From Azolla caroliniana (taxonomy: Eukaryota > Plantae > Polypodiophyta), in NCBI GenBank assembly GCA_043228905.1, contig JBHGNT010000013.1, forward strand, positions 15,438,001 through 15,502,000: 64,000 bases of DNA, written 5' to 3'. Shown piece by piece: positions 19,095 to 32,183 of this stretch. Below the pieces are notes generated by a model. That model searched no databases and was not told where the DNA came from. It saw only the letters and a list, made by a program, of their open reading frames with translations. Numbering within the stretch: position 1 is the first letter of the stretch; each line of letters opens with the position of its first letter. Position numbers and translations under genes: made by a program.

Positions 19095-20899
19095 CTCCTC
19101 CTCTTTAAAACATTGCACTCTTGCAATGGAAAGTTAGGGAAGTTAGTTCTGAGAGTATTTTCGCGTTCCCATGTGGCATCTTTTATTGATTTATCCATCC
19201 ATTTTATTTTACATTCTTGGATTTCTTTAGTACGTAATTTTTTTGTTTTAACATCGAGAATTATTTATGGTACATGTGGTTTAGAAGATAATTCTTCAGA
19301 AGTAACAAGAGTTTCAGTTGTAACTGTATTGTTGCCAGAACCTTGAAGTTCTTTTAGACGACTCACATGAAAAACTGGATGAATTTCAACGCCATCGGGA
19401 AGAGCGAGACAATAGGCTGATGACCCAATGCGTTTGAGGACTGTAAAAGGTCCACAAAACCGTGGGGCTAACTTAGCGCACTTACCCTTAGACAATGTCT
19501 TAGAATTGTGAAGTACACGTAAAAATACCTTCTGTCCAAGGTTGAATACACGAGGTTGGCTATGATGATCGGCATAAAAACGCGCTCTATCTTGAGCTGT
19601 TTTTATATTATCTCATGCAATATGCAACATATCTTGCATATCTCGAAGAAAGTTTTGCGTACTTCGCAACTCATCATGATTTATAGTAACATCAATCGGG
19701 GCTCCTGGCTGAAAACCATACATCAACATAAAAGGACTATATTCCGTCGACGTATGCTTGGAGTTGTTATAAGCAAACTCCAAAATTGGGAGATAACGTT
19801 CCCATTTTGTTGGTTTTGCACCAACGTATGCTCGAAGCATGTCATCAATAATTTTATTTACTCGTTCTGTCTGTCCATCAGATTGAGGATGATCCGTGGA
19901 GCTCATGCTCAATGTAGTTTCTAACTTCTTGAAGACTTGCGTCCAGAAGTCACTAGTAAACTTTGGATCTCGATCACTCACGATATCCATCGGTAACCCA
20001 TAAAAACGAAATAACTCGTCAACGAATTGGTAAGCCAATTCAGGAGCTGTTACCGTGGTTTTAGTAGCAATAAATCTGGATTGGTGACATTTAGTCACAT
20101 AACTATGTATGTCAGGGCGCATCTTAGGCCAATAAATTGAGTGGAGATGAGAATGAGTGTACGATGTATTCCAGGGTGCCCTGTTGAGGGTGCATCATGG
20201 CATTAAAAAAGAATCCTCTTTTTGACCTCGGGTAAATCTGGAACACAAACATTCCTATTATGGTAGAGCAAACAGTTAGCAATGTGGAAGTATTCCTTCG
20301 AGGATGTGGTGGTGTCTGTTCCAGACTCAACTCTTGCCCAGTATTTTGCGAAATAACTGTCATCAGGATACTTTCCTCGAAGGTGATCATAAAGATCTGA
20401 TGTTATTTCAGTGAAGCTAAGCATGTTAACTTCACGGATGCGACTTAGTGCATCAACGACAGTGTTCATGGAACCTTTACGATATCGTATGGAAAAATCA
20501 AAGTCCTGGATGAGATCAGCCCATCGTGCCTTACGACCTTTCAGGTCTTGTTGGTCATAAAAATATTTCAAGGACTCGTGGTCCGTGGTTACCACAAAGC
20601 GATTTCCATAAAGATAATGGCGCCATGTTTTGAGCGCATGTATAACTGCAAACAATTCCTTTTCTTGAACGATATACCGACATTGAGCAGAATCAAGTTT
20701 CTTACTCTCGAATGCTATTGGTTTACCATCTTGATATAAGACAACACCTATAGCATAATCGCTTGGATCGGATTCAACCTCAAAAGGTTTTGAAGGATCG
20801 GATAAAAGAAGTGAAGGAGCCTTGCACACCAGGTCCTTGAGTTCCTTAAAGGCGAGGTCTAGTGTAGCATTCCAGACAATAGGTTTTGTAGACTTACGC
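19095..20899 (-). pseudogene. Gypsy RNase H, integrase and chromodomain, disrupted
   Basis: ESDPSDYAIG, VSDRDPKF, GPF, and chromodomain-like KIKWMD..DATWE. An internal deletion near 20080 relative to the copy at about 9700-9870. Confidence 0.9.
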
Positions 20900-20919
20900 T
20901 GTCGTGAAGATTCGCACGT

Positions 20920-21659
20920 TGTCGTGAAGAATATCAGCCAGAGGCGGAAACCGGGAAACATTGGCTACATCGGCAGGGTGCAGCGTGTGTACGCACCCAT
21001 GTACATTTAGTGTGAATAACGAGGGCGCCTTTATGGCCCCGAAGAGTAGTCAAGTTGGGACAGACGGTCCCATGTAAGTCGGGGTTTATCCCACATTGTA
21101 ACGCATCCTTGTCCTTGCTCTATAAAAGGAAGGGAACACCCTTTGTTAAAGGGTTGCCCATTTTGCATTAGAGGGTATACCGTTAGGTTTAGAGTTAGTT
21201 TCTTCTTCTTCTCCCCCTTCGTGTTCGCTTAGGGTTTGCTGCAGCTCATCTCCCGTGCAAGACCCCGCTCGGCGCGACGGGCCCGAGAGCTCCCCGACGG
21301 CGGCTTGACATCGGACGACTGTTGTAAGCTATCTTGGTCCGGCTTGAAGCCGGGAATGTATTCTTCTTTTATATATATATATGCGTTTGCGTCTGTCTGT
21401 GTATATTCGCGTCTATGTTGGTGTCGGGTGTTTCCCCTGTCCTGCGTTTCCTGTACATAAGGGCGTGAGGCGGGTCAACATGTGTGTGTGTGTGAGTGAG
21501 TCGGTGTTAAGCACGCTCTCTCTCTCCCTTCGGTTGCTTCCGGTGTGCTTATGGGATGCCCCGGAAACGGTGAAGCACGGCTTCCTACGCTCCGTCACTC
21601 CCTAGTCCAAGACCCCCGTGGTCCCGCCTTTCTCCACGCACGCGCGTAACAACGCGAAA
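20920..21659 (+). mobile_element. Solo LTR of the Trp-primed group, inserted in the LTR of element A
   Basis: TSD ACGT (20916-20919 and 21660-21663). TATA at 21121. U5 end is homologous to the LTRs of elements C and F. Confidence 0.85.
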
Positions 21660-23184
21660 ACGTGCGTGTGCTACTCGAGCGACCACCGGGGTCTTAGACT
21701 GGGGAGGATGATCGTAGAATTATCGAAGAGATGACGATCAATGTAAGATTAGATGAAATTTGTTCACTTGAGAAGAAGAAAGATTGGACACTTGAGAAGT
21801 AGAAAAATATGAAGAAGATAAAGACAAATATAAGTATATTGATGATAATGGTGTTGGTGATATCACATATTGATCCCCCCTTACACAAGCCCAACTAGAG
21901 GCTTTTATAGGTCTTTCCATGCTTGTGACATGCACAAAACCATGGTTTTGTGCACACGGTTTTGCTTATGTCATGCAAAACCATGTGTTTAGAACCATGG
22001 TTTTGTGCACATGGTTTTCTATGGTTGTTTCATCCATAATTCATATATGAAAAGAAAATACATAAAACCTACACTATATGATAGTGGTCCTAGTGGTAAG
22101 GCAATCATCTTGTATCTTAGAGGTGCAAGGTTCAAACCTTACTTGCACCCCTCTGTATGAACTCAAGTGCCACTAGGCCTTAGGTTTATTTGCTAAGTGC
22201 ATGTGCAATGTTGCACATCCTTGGTTTATTTGTCTCACTCGGTTTCACACCGTAGCCGAAAATTGTCACGACATCCACCCCCACCAAACCCGCACATCCT
22301 CCGGTATGTGCCGAGAAAGGTGAAGAGGTGAGATCTTTGGCAACGGTGATCAACCAAGTTCCTCTGCACGCTCGTCGACCTTGTCTGACTTCGTCTTCCA
22401 CTTCGAGTATGCGTAATCTTTCCAACCGAACCACCGTAGCCACCCGATCCACCATATCCAGCGCTCACACCTTCTTCCCCGATCGGTTGTAGTAGATCTA
22501 CTGAACGATGTCGTGGATCCGACCGCTCTTCCTTTGTCCACTGCGTGTGTCCTTCGATTGGATTCCTGGCCACTCCTCGCGCTCACCGTCTTCAACTAGG
22601 TGTTGTGGATCGTTCGTGTCTATCTCCGATTATGCCGGGTTTGCCCTTGTCCGGATCGGTCTCCGCCGATCGCTTCTTGGCTCGGTTGGCCTTCGTCTGC
22701 ATTCGCATTTCGCCGAGTCGGGCTCGACTGATTGATTCCTACCGGGTCGGCCCCCTTTTGGATTGGGATTGTCCGATCGATTTCAGCCGGGTTGGCCCCA
22801 GTCGATCGGCTCCCATGTGGATCTTCCTTCGTTCGGGCCGGAATCCTGGCCGAATCGTCTTCTGGTTCGACCGGTTCTCGACTCTTCCTTCCTTCCCGCA
22901 TGCCGCCTCTCCATTGAACTCAACCGCGGCTTCATCCTTTGCCTCCTCGTCGGCCACATCCTTCCCTCTGTGTATGCTCGCCTCGAGCCATATTGTCTCC
23001 TCTCCGTCACCTCGTTTATCTTCGGTCTTATGTCGACACATGGTCTCGACTGCCGAAGTCTTCGGAACCAGTTTGAAGGAATCCCTTCGTTCATGCACAT
23101 TTACCTTGTCTTCCTTATCGCCCTTCCGGTCGTCCGCTTTTCCGTCCACACATTCCGTCTCTTTGGTCTCACGTTAGCGCACGT

Positions 23185-23706
23185 TGTCGCGTTGCTACGC
23201 ACGTGCGTGGAGAAGGGCGGGACCACGGGGGTCTTGGACTAAGGAGTAGAGGAGAAGGAATCAGACATGGAATGGAAGCTTTGCTCGAGAAGAAGAAGAA
23301 TGAACAAGAGATTAGATCGAACAAGAGGAAGATGGAGACAAGATGATCAACAAGATATATTAAAACGAAGTGAACGATTACAAAATAGTGGCCGCATAGG
23401 CCGCACCAAACGACTACTCGAAACCCTAACCGACAAAGATGAAGATCAAGATAAAGAAACCCTAACCCTAACCCTAACGCTCGACCTATGTGGTATACCT
23501 CGCACACTCAAAATAGGCAACCCCCACAATGGTGCCTTCTCTCTCCTTTTATAGCACACAAGGAGGGAAGACCGTTTACAAAAGTGAGACTAAAATATCC
23601 CCTTTCATTCAAAGGGGATATTTGCCTTGATTTGGGGGAGGGTGAGATTGATGCCCCCTCAATTCCCACCTCCTCACAAACAACTAGGTACCTATGTACC
23701 GCATAG

Positions 23707-23744
<38 letters not shown>

Positions 23745-26700
23745 GTGGATGTGCACACAAGACCACATCACCTTTATACCTTAGGGATCTTATGGGGGCA
23801 TTCCTAGCACCATGCACTTTACCCTTATTACTATTACACATACATTATGTACGTGTGCAACGTTGCACATCGCTCTTTGGCTCTCGTTGCTCGGGTTTCC
23901 GCTTGTGGACGAAAATCTTCACGACATCCGCCCCCACCTAACCGCACATCCACTGGTATGTGCCAAAAGATAGGGGAGAGAACACGAGATTTTCGGCCAC
24001 GACGACCGACCGAGTCCTTAGCGTCCTTGTGGGCCCGCCCGGTTTTGTCTTCCACTTCGAGCAAGACCACCCCATCCATACGAACCGCCGCCGCCTTCCG
24101 GTCCACCATCCTCGTCGAATGGTCTCGAACCGTCGACGCCATCCGATCCGCCACACTCGACGATGTTCGCTGAGTCGTTGCCTCCACCCGATCCGCCACA
24201 TCCACCGTGGGTCCTTGAACCACCGGCTACATCCGATCCGCCGTGTCTGATGCTCGTGCTTTCCTCCCTGTTCGGTCCTCCTGAACGCCGTCGCCGACCC
24301 GGTTGCTCTTCCTTTGTCTGCCTCGTATATCCTCTGGATGCGCTCCCGGTCGCATGCCGGATTCCGCCCTTTGCGTGCCGCGCACCTCGGCGTGCCGACT
24401 CTCTCCGCTCCGCGCTTGCCTTCCGTAGGCTTTCCCCGTTGTTCGCCGTGCTCTCTCGCAGTAGAGCGTGCCATCACTCCGTCCTTCTTCGTGGCTCTCG
24501 TTACCGCTTCGCCTCGACCCGCGCCCTCTTGGCCCGATTGGCCTCGCATGTCCTTCGGGACACCGCGTTTTCTCTTCCAGGTGCGTAGCCCTCCGTTCTC
24601 CACGCACCTCCTCTGTTTTCCTAGATACGACTCTCTGCTTATGCCGATCGCGCTCGGCCCATGTCGTCGATCTTGGTGTTTCGCCGCGCCGTCCTTCCTC
24701 CCGCGCTTGCCCCTCGAAGGCTTGACCCGACCGTCATCGTCGATCAATCGTTGTCGCCCATCCGCCGTATGCATGCTTGTGTCTTGGCCCTCCACTGGCC
24801 GTATTGCATGCGTCTCGTGTCGCGCTTCCGTTGTAGACCCGACCTCCACGTCGGTCTCCAACTTCTCGCCTCCACCCGCCATCTCTTCGGTCTTCCGTTG
24901 GTCCGCAACCGCCAAAGTCTCAAGCATAGGTGTGGAGGGCTCCTCTTGCTCTCGGCCTCTCACCGACCTGTACTCGTCGTGCCCGGTTAGCCTCCTTCTC
25001 GCTCTCACCGGCTCCCACCGTAACCGTACCCGGCCGGCTACGAATCGATCAAACAATCCCGGTCTCGCCGGCTTCCTTCGGTTCGGGCCCGGTTGACCGG
25101 CCCCCGCTTCACTCTTCTTCCGCTTAGCCTCTCGGTCGGGTTGGTTCCCGACTCGCTCCTCGATGCCGCTCCGGACCTCTCCTTCGGTCTTTTCGCACGT
25201 GCCCACTCCGGGCCTCTCATCCTCACGGCCACCGCCCATCTGCTCGGTCTTATGTCCGCGCTCGGGTGCAACCGCCGAAGTCTCCGGCCCCGGTGTCGAG
25301 GGATCTCGCCTCCGTCCGCTACAAACCTCCTCTTCGTCATTTCGGTTGCCCGCCTTGCCGCCACCACCGTCCGTCTCTCTAGGTCTCACACCGGCTCTCG
25401 GGCCGGTTGCCGGAGTCTCTAGGACCGGTGTGTGGAAGGTCGCGGCACCGCCGCTCGTCTCTTCTTCCTCGATTTCGCAAGCCTCGAGTATGCTCGCGAA
25501 ATCCTCGTAGAACGTTTCGGGCAACCGCGTCCCGAAACTTTCGCCCACTCTCAAAGTGGCGTCCATTGCTTCGTAGATATCGGCCTCATCCACGGCCGTC
25601 CTCTTTCCACAAGTCAAGAGGGTCACTCGCTCCGCACCCTCTCCCACATCGCCGCCGTGGTCACCCGCCTTGCCGCCGCCACCGTTCGTTACCCCTAGGT
25701 CTCATGCGGGCACTCGGGCCGGCCGCCGGGGTCTCTTGAACCGGTGCGTGTAAGGTAGCAACGCCGCCGCTCGTCGATGCTATGCCCGTAGCCACCTCCA
25801 TTCGGACATCGTCGTCTGTGGCTACCCCGCCTCCGCATATGCAAGCATCAATTATGCTTGCCGCCTCCTCTTCCACGGTCTCCTTACCGTTGTCTCGGTT
25901 GCCCGCCTTGCCGCCGCCACCGCTCGTCTCTCTAGGTTTCACGCCGGCAATCGGGCCGATCGTCGGTGCCTCTAGGGCCGGTGTGTGTAAGGTCACGGCA
26001 CCACCGCTTGTCTCCTCCTCACTCGATGTTTTGGGCCGCCATGTCCCGAATCCGTAGTTACCGGCCTCCATGGCCGTCCATTCGCCGCAAGACGAGAGAG
26101 TCGCTCTTTCCGCACCCTCTCCCATGTCACCATCGTGGTCGCCCGCCTTGCCGCCGCCACCGCCCGTCACTTTAGGTCTCACACCGACTCTCGGGCCGGT
26201 TGCCGGAGTCTCTAGGCCCGGTGTGCGTAAGGTCCCGGCATAACCACCCGTCTTCTCCCCGCTCGATGTTTCGGGCCTCCATGCCCGAACTCCCTCATGT
26301 TCGCTCGAACTGGCGATCTCCGCCTCACCGTCCCCGACCTCATCCTCGGTCGATCTTTGTTCGCATGTCGAGAGGGTGGCTCGCTCCGCACCCTCTCCCG
26401 TGGTACCGATGTACCATTCTCTTTCGGCCTCCTCATCCTCCGATCCGCTCGGGCCCGACTCCGCAATAAGCCCTTCTTCGGCTTCGACTTGTGCCTCTAC
26501 GATCTCGTACGCTTCCCGCACCAAGTCTTCAATGTCGAGCTCCTCCAAACCGATTTGCGTTGAGCTCTCTTCCGGCGATAGTGCGTAGTCGGTCACCGCT
26601 CTCTCTTCTCCGCCGCTCGCGGGCCGCGTTGTGTCCGACCGCCTCTCATCGCATTGTATGCACGCCCATTTCACCTCGTTCCAATCTTCGGTGAGGCCGT

Positions 26701-27767
26701 ACGCCCCTTCATCGTCTTTGAGGTAGGGAAAAATGGCCATTCTCCCCCTTTCGTTGACCGACTTCAAGAATAGTGGGACCTTGTCCACCCCCACCGATTC
26801 TTGATCCCGGACCGAAAGTTGGGAAAACCGGAGATCGAACTCCCGGAATGCCTTCATTGCGCTTCGACGAGCCTTTGCCGACGACACCCATAGATCGAAC
26901 TCGCGTCGATCGTACTTGTACGCCTCTTCCCGTCTTTCTCTCCTTCTTGCGAAATCCCTTGCCATTCTCGTAATTACTTCCGCGATGTCTCTGGCTTCCA
27001 TCTCCTTTCTCCCTTCCCGCCTCTTCACGGTGGGTTCACCAAATATGTCGCGTTGCTACGCGCGTGCGTGGAGAAGGGCGGGACCACGGGGGTCTTGGGC
27101 TAAGGAGTAGAGGAGAAGGAATCAGACATGGAATGGAAGCTTTGCTCGAGAAGAAGAAGAATGAACAAGAGATTAGATCGAACAAGAGGAAGATGGAGAC
27201 AAGATGATCAACAAGATATATTAAAACGAAGTGAACGATTACAAAATGGTGGCCGCATAGGCCGCACCAAACGACTACTCGAAACCCTAACCGACAAAGA
27301 TGAAGATCAAGATAAAGAAACCCTAACCCTAACCCTAACGCTCGACCTATGTGGTATACCTCGCACACTCAAAATAGGCAACCCCCACAATGGTGCCTTC
27401 TCTCTCCTTTTATAGCACAAGGAGGGAAGACCGTTTACAAAAGTGAGACTAAAATATCCCCTTTCATTCAAAGGGGATATTTGCCTTGATTTGGGGGAGG
27501 GTGAGATTGATGGCCCCTTAACTCCCACCTCCTCACAAACAACTAGGTACCTATGTACCGCATAGTACCTCTCTCTCTCTCTCGCGTGGATGTGCACACA
27601 AGACCACATCACCTTTATACCTTAGGGATCTTATGGGGGCATTCCTAGCACCATGCACTTTACCCTTATTACTATTACAAATACATTATGTACGTGTGCA
27701 ACGTTGCACATCGCTCTTTGGCTCTCGTTGCTCGGGTTTCCGCTTGTGGACGAAAATCTTCACGACA
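23185..27767 (-). mobile_element. Non-autonomous Trp-primed LTR element C, nested in A. LTRs 23185-23926 and 27046-27767
   Basis: TSD ACGT, near-identical LTRs, PBS TGGTGAACCCACCGTGAA, PPT at about 23927-23938. Confidence 0.92.
23938..27028 (-). pseudogene. gag-derived acidic, repetitive ORF of element C (455 aa + 569 aa, split by a frameshift)
   Basis: Gag-like DRREFDLWVSSAK..LTEDW, followed by repeated ETPATGP..RP..GGGGKAG units. Confidence 0.7.
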
Positions 27768-29757
27768 ACGTGCACAACCGCCGAAGTCTCTAGAATAGGT
27801 GTGGGGATATCCTTTCTTCCTCGATCTTCTTCCTCCTTATGTTGGGCCTTCGTCTTCCTGTCACCACTTTCCGTCTCTCCGGTCTCACGTTGGCACATGG
27901 GCGCAACCGCCGAAGTCTCTGGAACAAGCGTGGAGAAAGTGTCAACATGGCTATCCGTCGTCAACTCATCCATAGCCACCTCCGACTCGATGTCGTTTGT
28001 CATGGCTACCTCCTCAATCACTTCGGACTCAAACACTTTATCTCCCTCGATCATGCAAGCTTTTCTCATGCTTGCACCTTCATCACCCGATGTTTCGTAC
28101 ACAATGCGTGTTCCAAAACATTTATCCTCCCTCGAAGTGGCGTTCGTCGTCCTCGAGTCATCGGCCTCCTCCTTGGCCGTCGTTTCTTCGTAAGACAAGA
28201 AGGTGACTTGTTTCGCACCTTCTCTCTCGGTACCGTCATACCGAACCTGAGCCTTTGTATCAGCCACTTCATTAACCCGCATTTGTTGGGAGGTCTCTTC
28301 TTCCTCGATCACCATTCGCCTCAGTTTTGTCTCCCTTTTAAGCTTTATTTCTTTTGTTGGTGTCGTGGTGCTGCATCTCGCCCCTCTTCGCTCGTCCCTC
28401 ATGGGTCGTCTTGTTGTCGTCGATATTCTCGCTTGCCCCTTATGGTGTAGTCGGCATACACTTTCCACTTTGCTCCAATCCTCGATGAGGCCATTTGCAC
28501 CATCATCTTCTTCGAGTTTGAGGCCGATGGCCATCCTTTCCATTCTATCGATTGACTTCACGAACATAAGGACCTTATCGACCCCCACCAATCTTTGTTC
28601 CCGCTCCGACAGTTGAGAAAAACGACATTCGAAGTCTACGAATGCTTGTGTCGCGCCTTGGTAGGTCTTCGCCGATGTCACCCATTGGTCGAAGTTGCGT
28701 CGATCTCATCCCTTTAGTCTCTCATAGCCATATTCCTCCAATAGAGCCTTCTCGAAAGTCGCCCACGAATCATGAGCTTCTAGAAGCTCTTTTACATCTT
28801 TGAAGATCGGTTGAGACACCACCCGACAAAAGTACTCTAGCCTCATAGCTTTGTCCACACCTCTTGAATCCATCTCCACATTGTAGACTTTTAGGAAACT
28901 TTAGACTTTGGCGCCGTTGAAATAGCTCACTCGCTCGACTACCCTCTCAACGGTTTGTTGGGCTTCATTTCGTCTTTTCCCTTCTCTTAGAAACTCCATC
29001 ATCCTTTTTGACATTGCCTCCATGAGATCTTTGTCCGGTCTTCACGTCAGGTTTTCACCATCCATCTTTGTCCTCCCCTGCTGCTCTTCACGTCGGGTTC
29101 ACCAAATGATGTCGCGAAGATTTGCGCGTGCATGTGCTACTCGAGCGACCACCGGGGTCTTAGACTGGGGAGGATGTTCGCAGAATTATCAAAGAGATGA
29201 CGATCAATGTAAGATTAGATGAAATTTGTTCACTTGAGAAGAAGAAAGATTGGACACTTGAGAAGTAGAAAAATATGAAGAAGATAAAGACAAATATAAG
29301 TATATTGATGATAATGGTGTTGGTGATATCACATATTGAGGCCCCCTTACACAAGCCCAACTAGAGGCTTTTATAGGTCTTTCCATGCTTGTGACATGCA
29401 CAAAACCATGGGCTAAAACCATGGTTTTGTGCACACGGTTTTGCTTATGTCATGCACAAACCATGTGTTTAGAACCATGGTTTTGTGCACATGGTTTTCT
29501 ATGGTTGTTTCATCCATAATTCGTATATGAAAAGGAAATACATAAAACCTACACTATATGATATTTGTCCTGGTGGTAAGGCAATCATCTTTTTTCTTAG
29601 AGGTGCAAGGTTCAAACCTTACTTGCGCCCCTCTGTATGAACTCAAGTGCCACTAGGCCTTAGGTTTATTTGCTAAGTGCATGTGCAATGTTGCACATCC
29701 TTGGTTTATTTGTCTCACTCGGTTTCACACCGTAGCCGAAAATCGTCACGACAACGC

Positions 29758-32183
29758 GTTTGACCTTTTAGAATATCAGTAAACGACGTTGTCAATTGGG
29801 AGTAATTACGAAGGGATTTTCGCAAAAACCCGACAAAACCAAGGAATGATCGAACTTCTCGAATATTCCAAAGAGTGGGCTAAAGCTTGATTTTCTCGAA
29901 GCGAAAGGATCAATTTCAACTCCTCGTTCGGTTATGAAATGTCCAAGATAAGTAATTGATTTCTTGAAGAACTCACATTTTGAGATCTTCGCATAAAATT
30001 GTTTGTCACACAATGTTTGTAAAACAAAGCAGACATGTTTAGCATGTCCTTGTAATGTAAGGCTATAAACTAAAATATCATCCAAGAAAATAACGACAAA
30101 TTTTACAAGTTGTTCTCGGAAAATGTCATTCATTTCTTGTTGAAATGTAGCCGGAGCATTGGTCAAACCAAAAGGCATAACCAGAAACTCATAATGGCCA
30201 TAGGGCATACGAAATGCCATTTTAGGAACATTGTCCTCACTTATACGAATTTGATGGTAGCTAGTATGGAGATCAAGTTTCGTAATATACCGAGCTCCCT
30301 GGACACGGTCAATTAGATCGTAAGCCCGGGGCAATGGATACGAATTCTTGATCGTCACTTTATTCGAGCATCGGTAATTAATACACATACGCCATGTGCC
30401 CTCTTTCTTTTTAACCAAGAGAATTGGTGCACCCCATGGAGATTTACTATAACGTATATAACCCATTCGTAAATAGTCCTTGAGTTGCTTAGATACCTCA
30501 TCCTCTTCGGATCGACTTAAGCGATAAGGAGGTATACTTATTGGTGCAACACTAGGTACAATATCTATACGATGGTCTATATTACGTTTAGGAGGTAACC
30601 CATATGGTAGTTCACTCGGAAAAACATCACGAAAATCATTTAAGATTTCATCAAGTTGTTGTTCAAAATATGTAATTGAACTGAGACATTATTGATAGTG
30701 TAAATGTGAATGTCCAAATCAAGTACACAATAAAATAGAGTAGAACAAGACAACTCGGATATTGATGGAGAGGAAACAATCTAGAGGGATTGTTTTTTTA
30801 CACATTGAATAAAATCAGTACAGTCGTTCAGTACAAATGTAATTGAATGATGAACCCAATCAATAGATAAAGAAGAGCTTTTATTATAGAACCAGGGATA
30901 ACCTAATATTACGTCGGTGGTACAAAGATTCATTACATGGAGGTCTACTTCCTCTATATAAGTATCAATAGAAATTCCTAATGAATGAATCGCCCCGTTG
31001 ATGTATTGTACTCTTCCATCAGCCAAGTGTACCGTGTAGGTGTGATCACTTATGGTGGGTTGGATTCCCCATATCTGAACCAAACGATCATTGACAAAGT
31101 TGTGTGAGGTTCCCGAATCAAATAAAAATTGTACGGGAGATCCATTGATATACCCGTTAAATCATTGGGACCCAATACATAGTGAGGGAAAGAACATTGA
31201 CAATTACTTAAATGATGTGTATAGACCTGAAGGACATTAGGAATCTGACCTTTATGGTCTGCAGCTTTAGCTTTGTTGTCGTGCTCTTTCTGTTGGAGCT
31301 TTCGACATTGCTCTTTTGTATGACTCTTCTTTTTGCAGAATACGCAAAAAGGATGTTGTCGCTTACAATCGCGATCCATGAATTCGTTGGGTGTCTTGCG
31401 TTTCCCAACGAATTGCGACTACTTAGTCCCGGGCGCTTCGTTGGGTTTGTTGTGGTTCTTCTTCAAAGTGCATTGATAGCGAAGAACTATTTCAACGGCC
31501 TCTTCGAAGGATTTTGGATCCTTATTGTGCACTATCCAGTGATAGTCTGAATTGGGGATGCCATTGACAAAACAAGCTATTAACCAGTTGTCCCCTTCTA
31601 GACCCGATTTTTGGATTTGGGTTCTAGCATGGTGGACATAGTCTTCTAGCGAGGAAAATTTCCGACTAGAGAGGTTCATTAAAGCTTGTGATGCCTTGGT
31701 TCGAGAGGGAGGTTGTAGAAGTTGGCCCTTGAAAACAGTGACAAAATTTGTCCAGGTATCGGGTAATTTCCCCAAAGTACGGAGCCCATGCCACTAGGTG
31801 TCTGCCTTACCCCCTAGTTCTCAGCCGACATATGCAATCTTTGTACTATTTGGCGTGGGATAGAACTCAAAATGAGACTCCCATCAGCCTAGCCACGTGT
31901 AGATTGCTTCTTCGGTTCTTTCCTTTTTGTCTCCCGTAAATGGCTTAACGACAAACGATGGTTCACATTGTCGCTCATCAGGTCTATTAGTCTCATGTTG
32001 TAAATTAATGACACGTGCCTCGAGAGCACTTTGAGATTGCCGAAGTTTGGTCACCTGTTGAGCGGTGAAACTAAGGTGTTGGCTTATTTGCGAAAAATAC
32101 ATCTCAATGGACATTTGTCCAGGAGGATTCCCTTGAGTTCCTTCCGCTTGAGCGGATGACATCGGGTCATTATTTTGAGCCAT
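29758..32183 (-). pseudogene. Gypsy gag (CCHC), protease and reverse transcriptase, disrupted
   Basis: CVFCKKKSHTKEQC, FLFDSGTSHNF, SPWGAPILLVKKK, MPFGLTNAPATFQ, FLDDILVYS. Stops and frameshifts present. Confidence 0.9.

Larger units (their letters stand above)
20900..29753 (-). mobile_element. Non-autonomous tRNA-Trp-primed LTR element A. LTRs 20900-22273 (interrupted) and 29110-29753. gag-like pseudo-ORF about 29060-22739
   Basis: TGTCG..CGACA ends, TSD ACGC, PBS TGGTGAACCCGACGTGAA at 29087-29104, PPT GGTGGGGGTGGA. No RT or INT. Confidence 0.9.

Noticed and set aside
22081-22150. Functional tRNA genes at the A/B-box motifs
   Set aside because: No complete cloverleaf or acceptor stem. Reported only as tRNA-like promoter modules.
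23457-23478. Telomere-like (CCCTAA)3 in the LTRs of element C
   Set aside because: Too short, and telo-box-like motifs are common in plant LTRs and promoters.
22186-28616. Many overlapping 100-260 aa ORFs on both strands (also 44000-47100 and 52400-54500)
   Set aside because: Shadow ORFs of GC-rich LTR-element interiors with no recognisable motifs.
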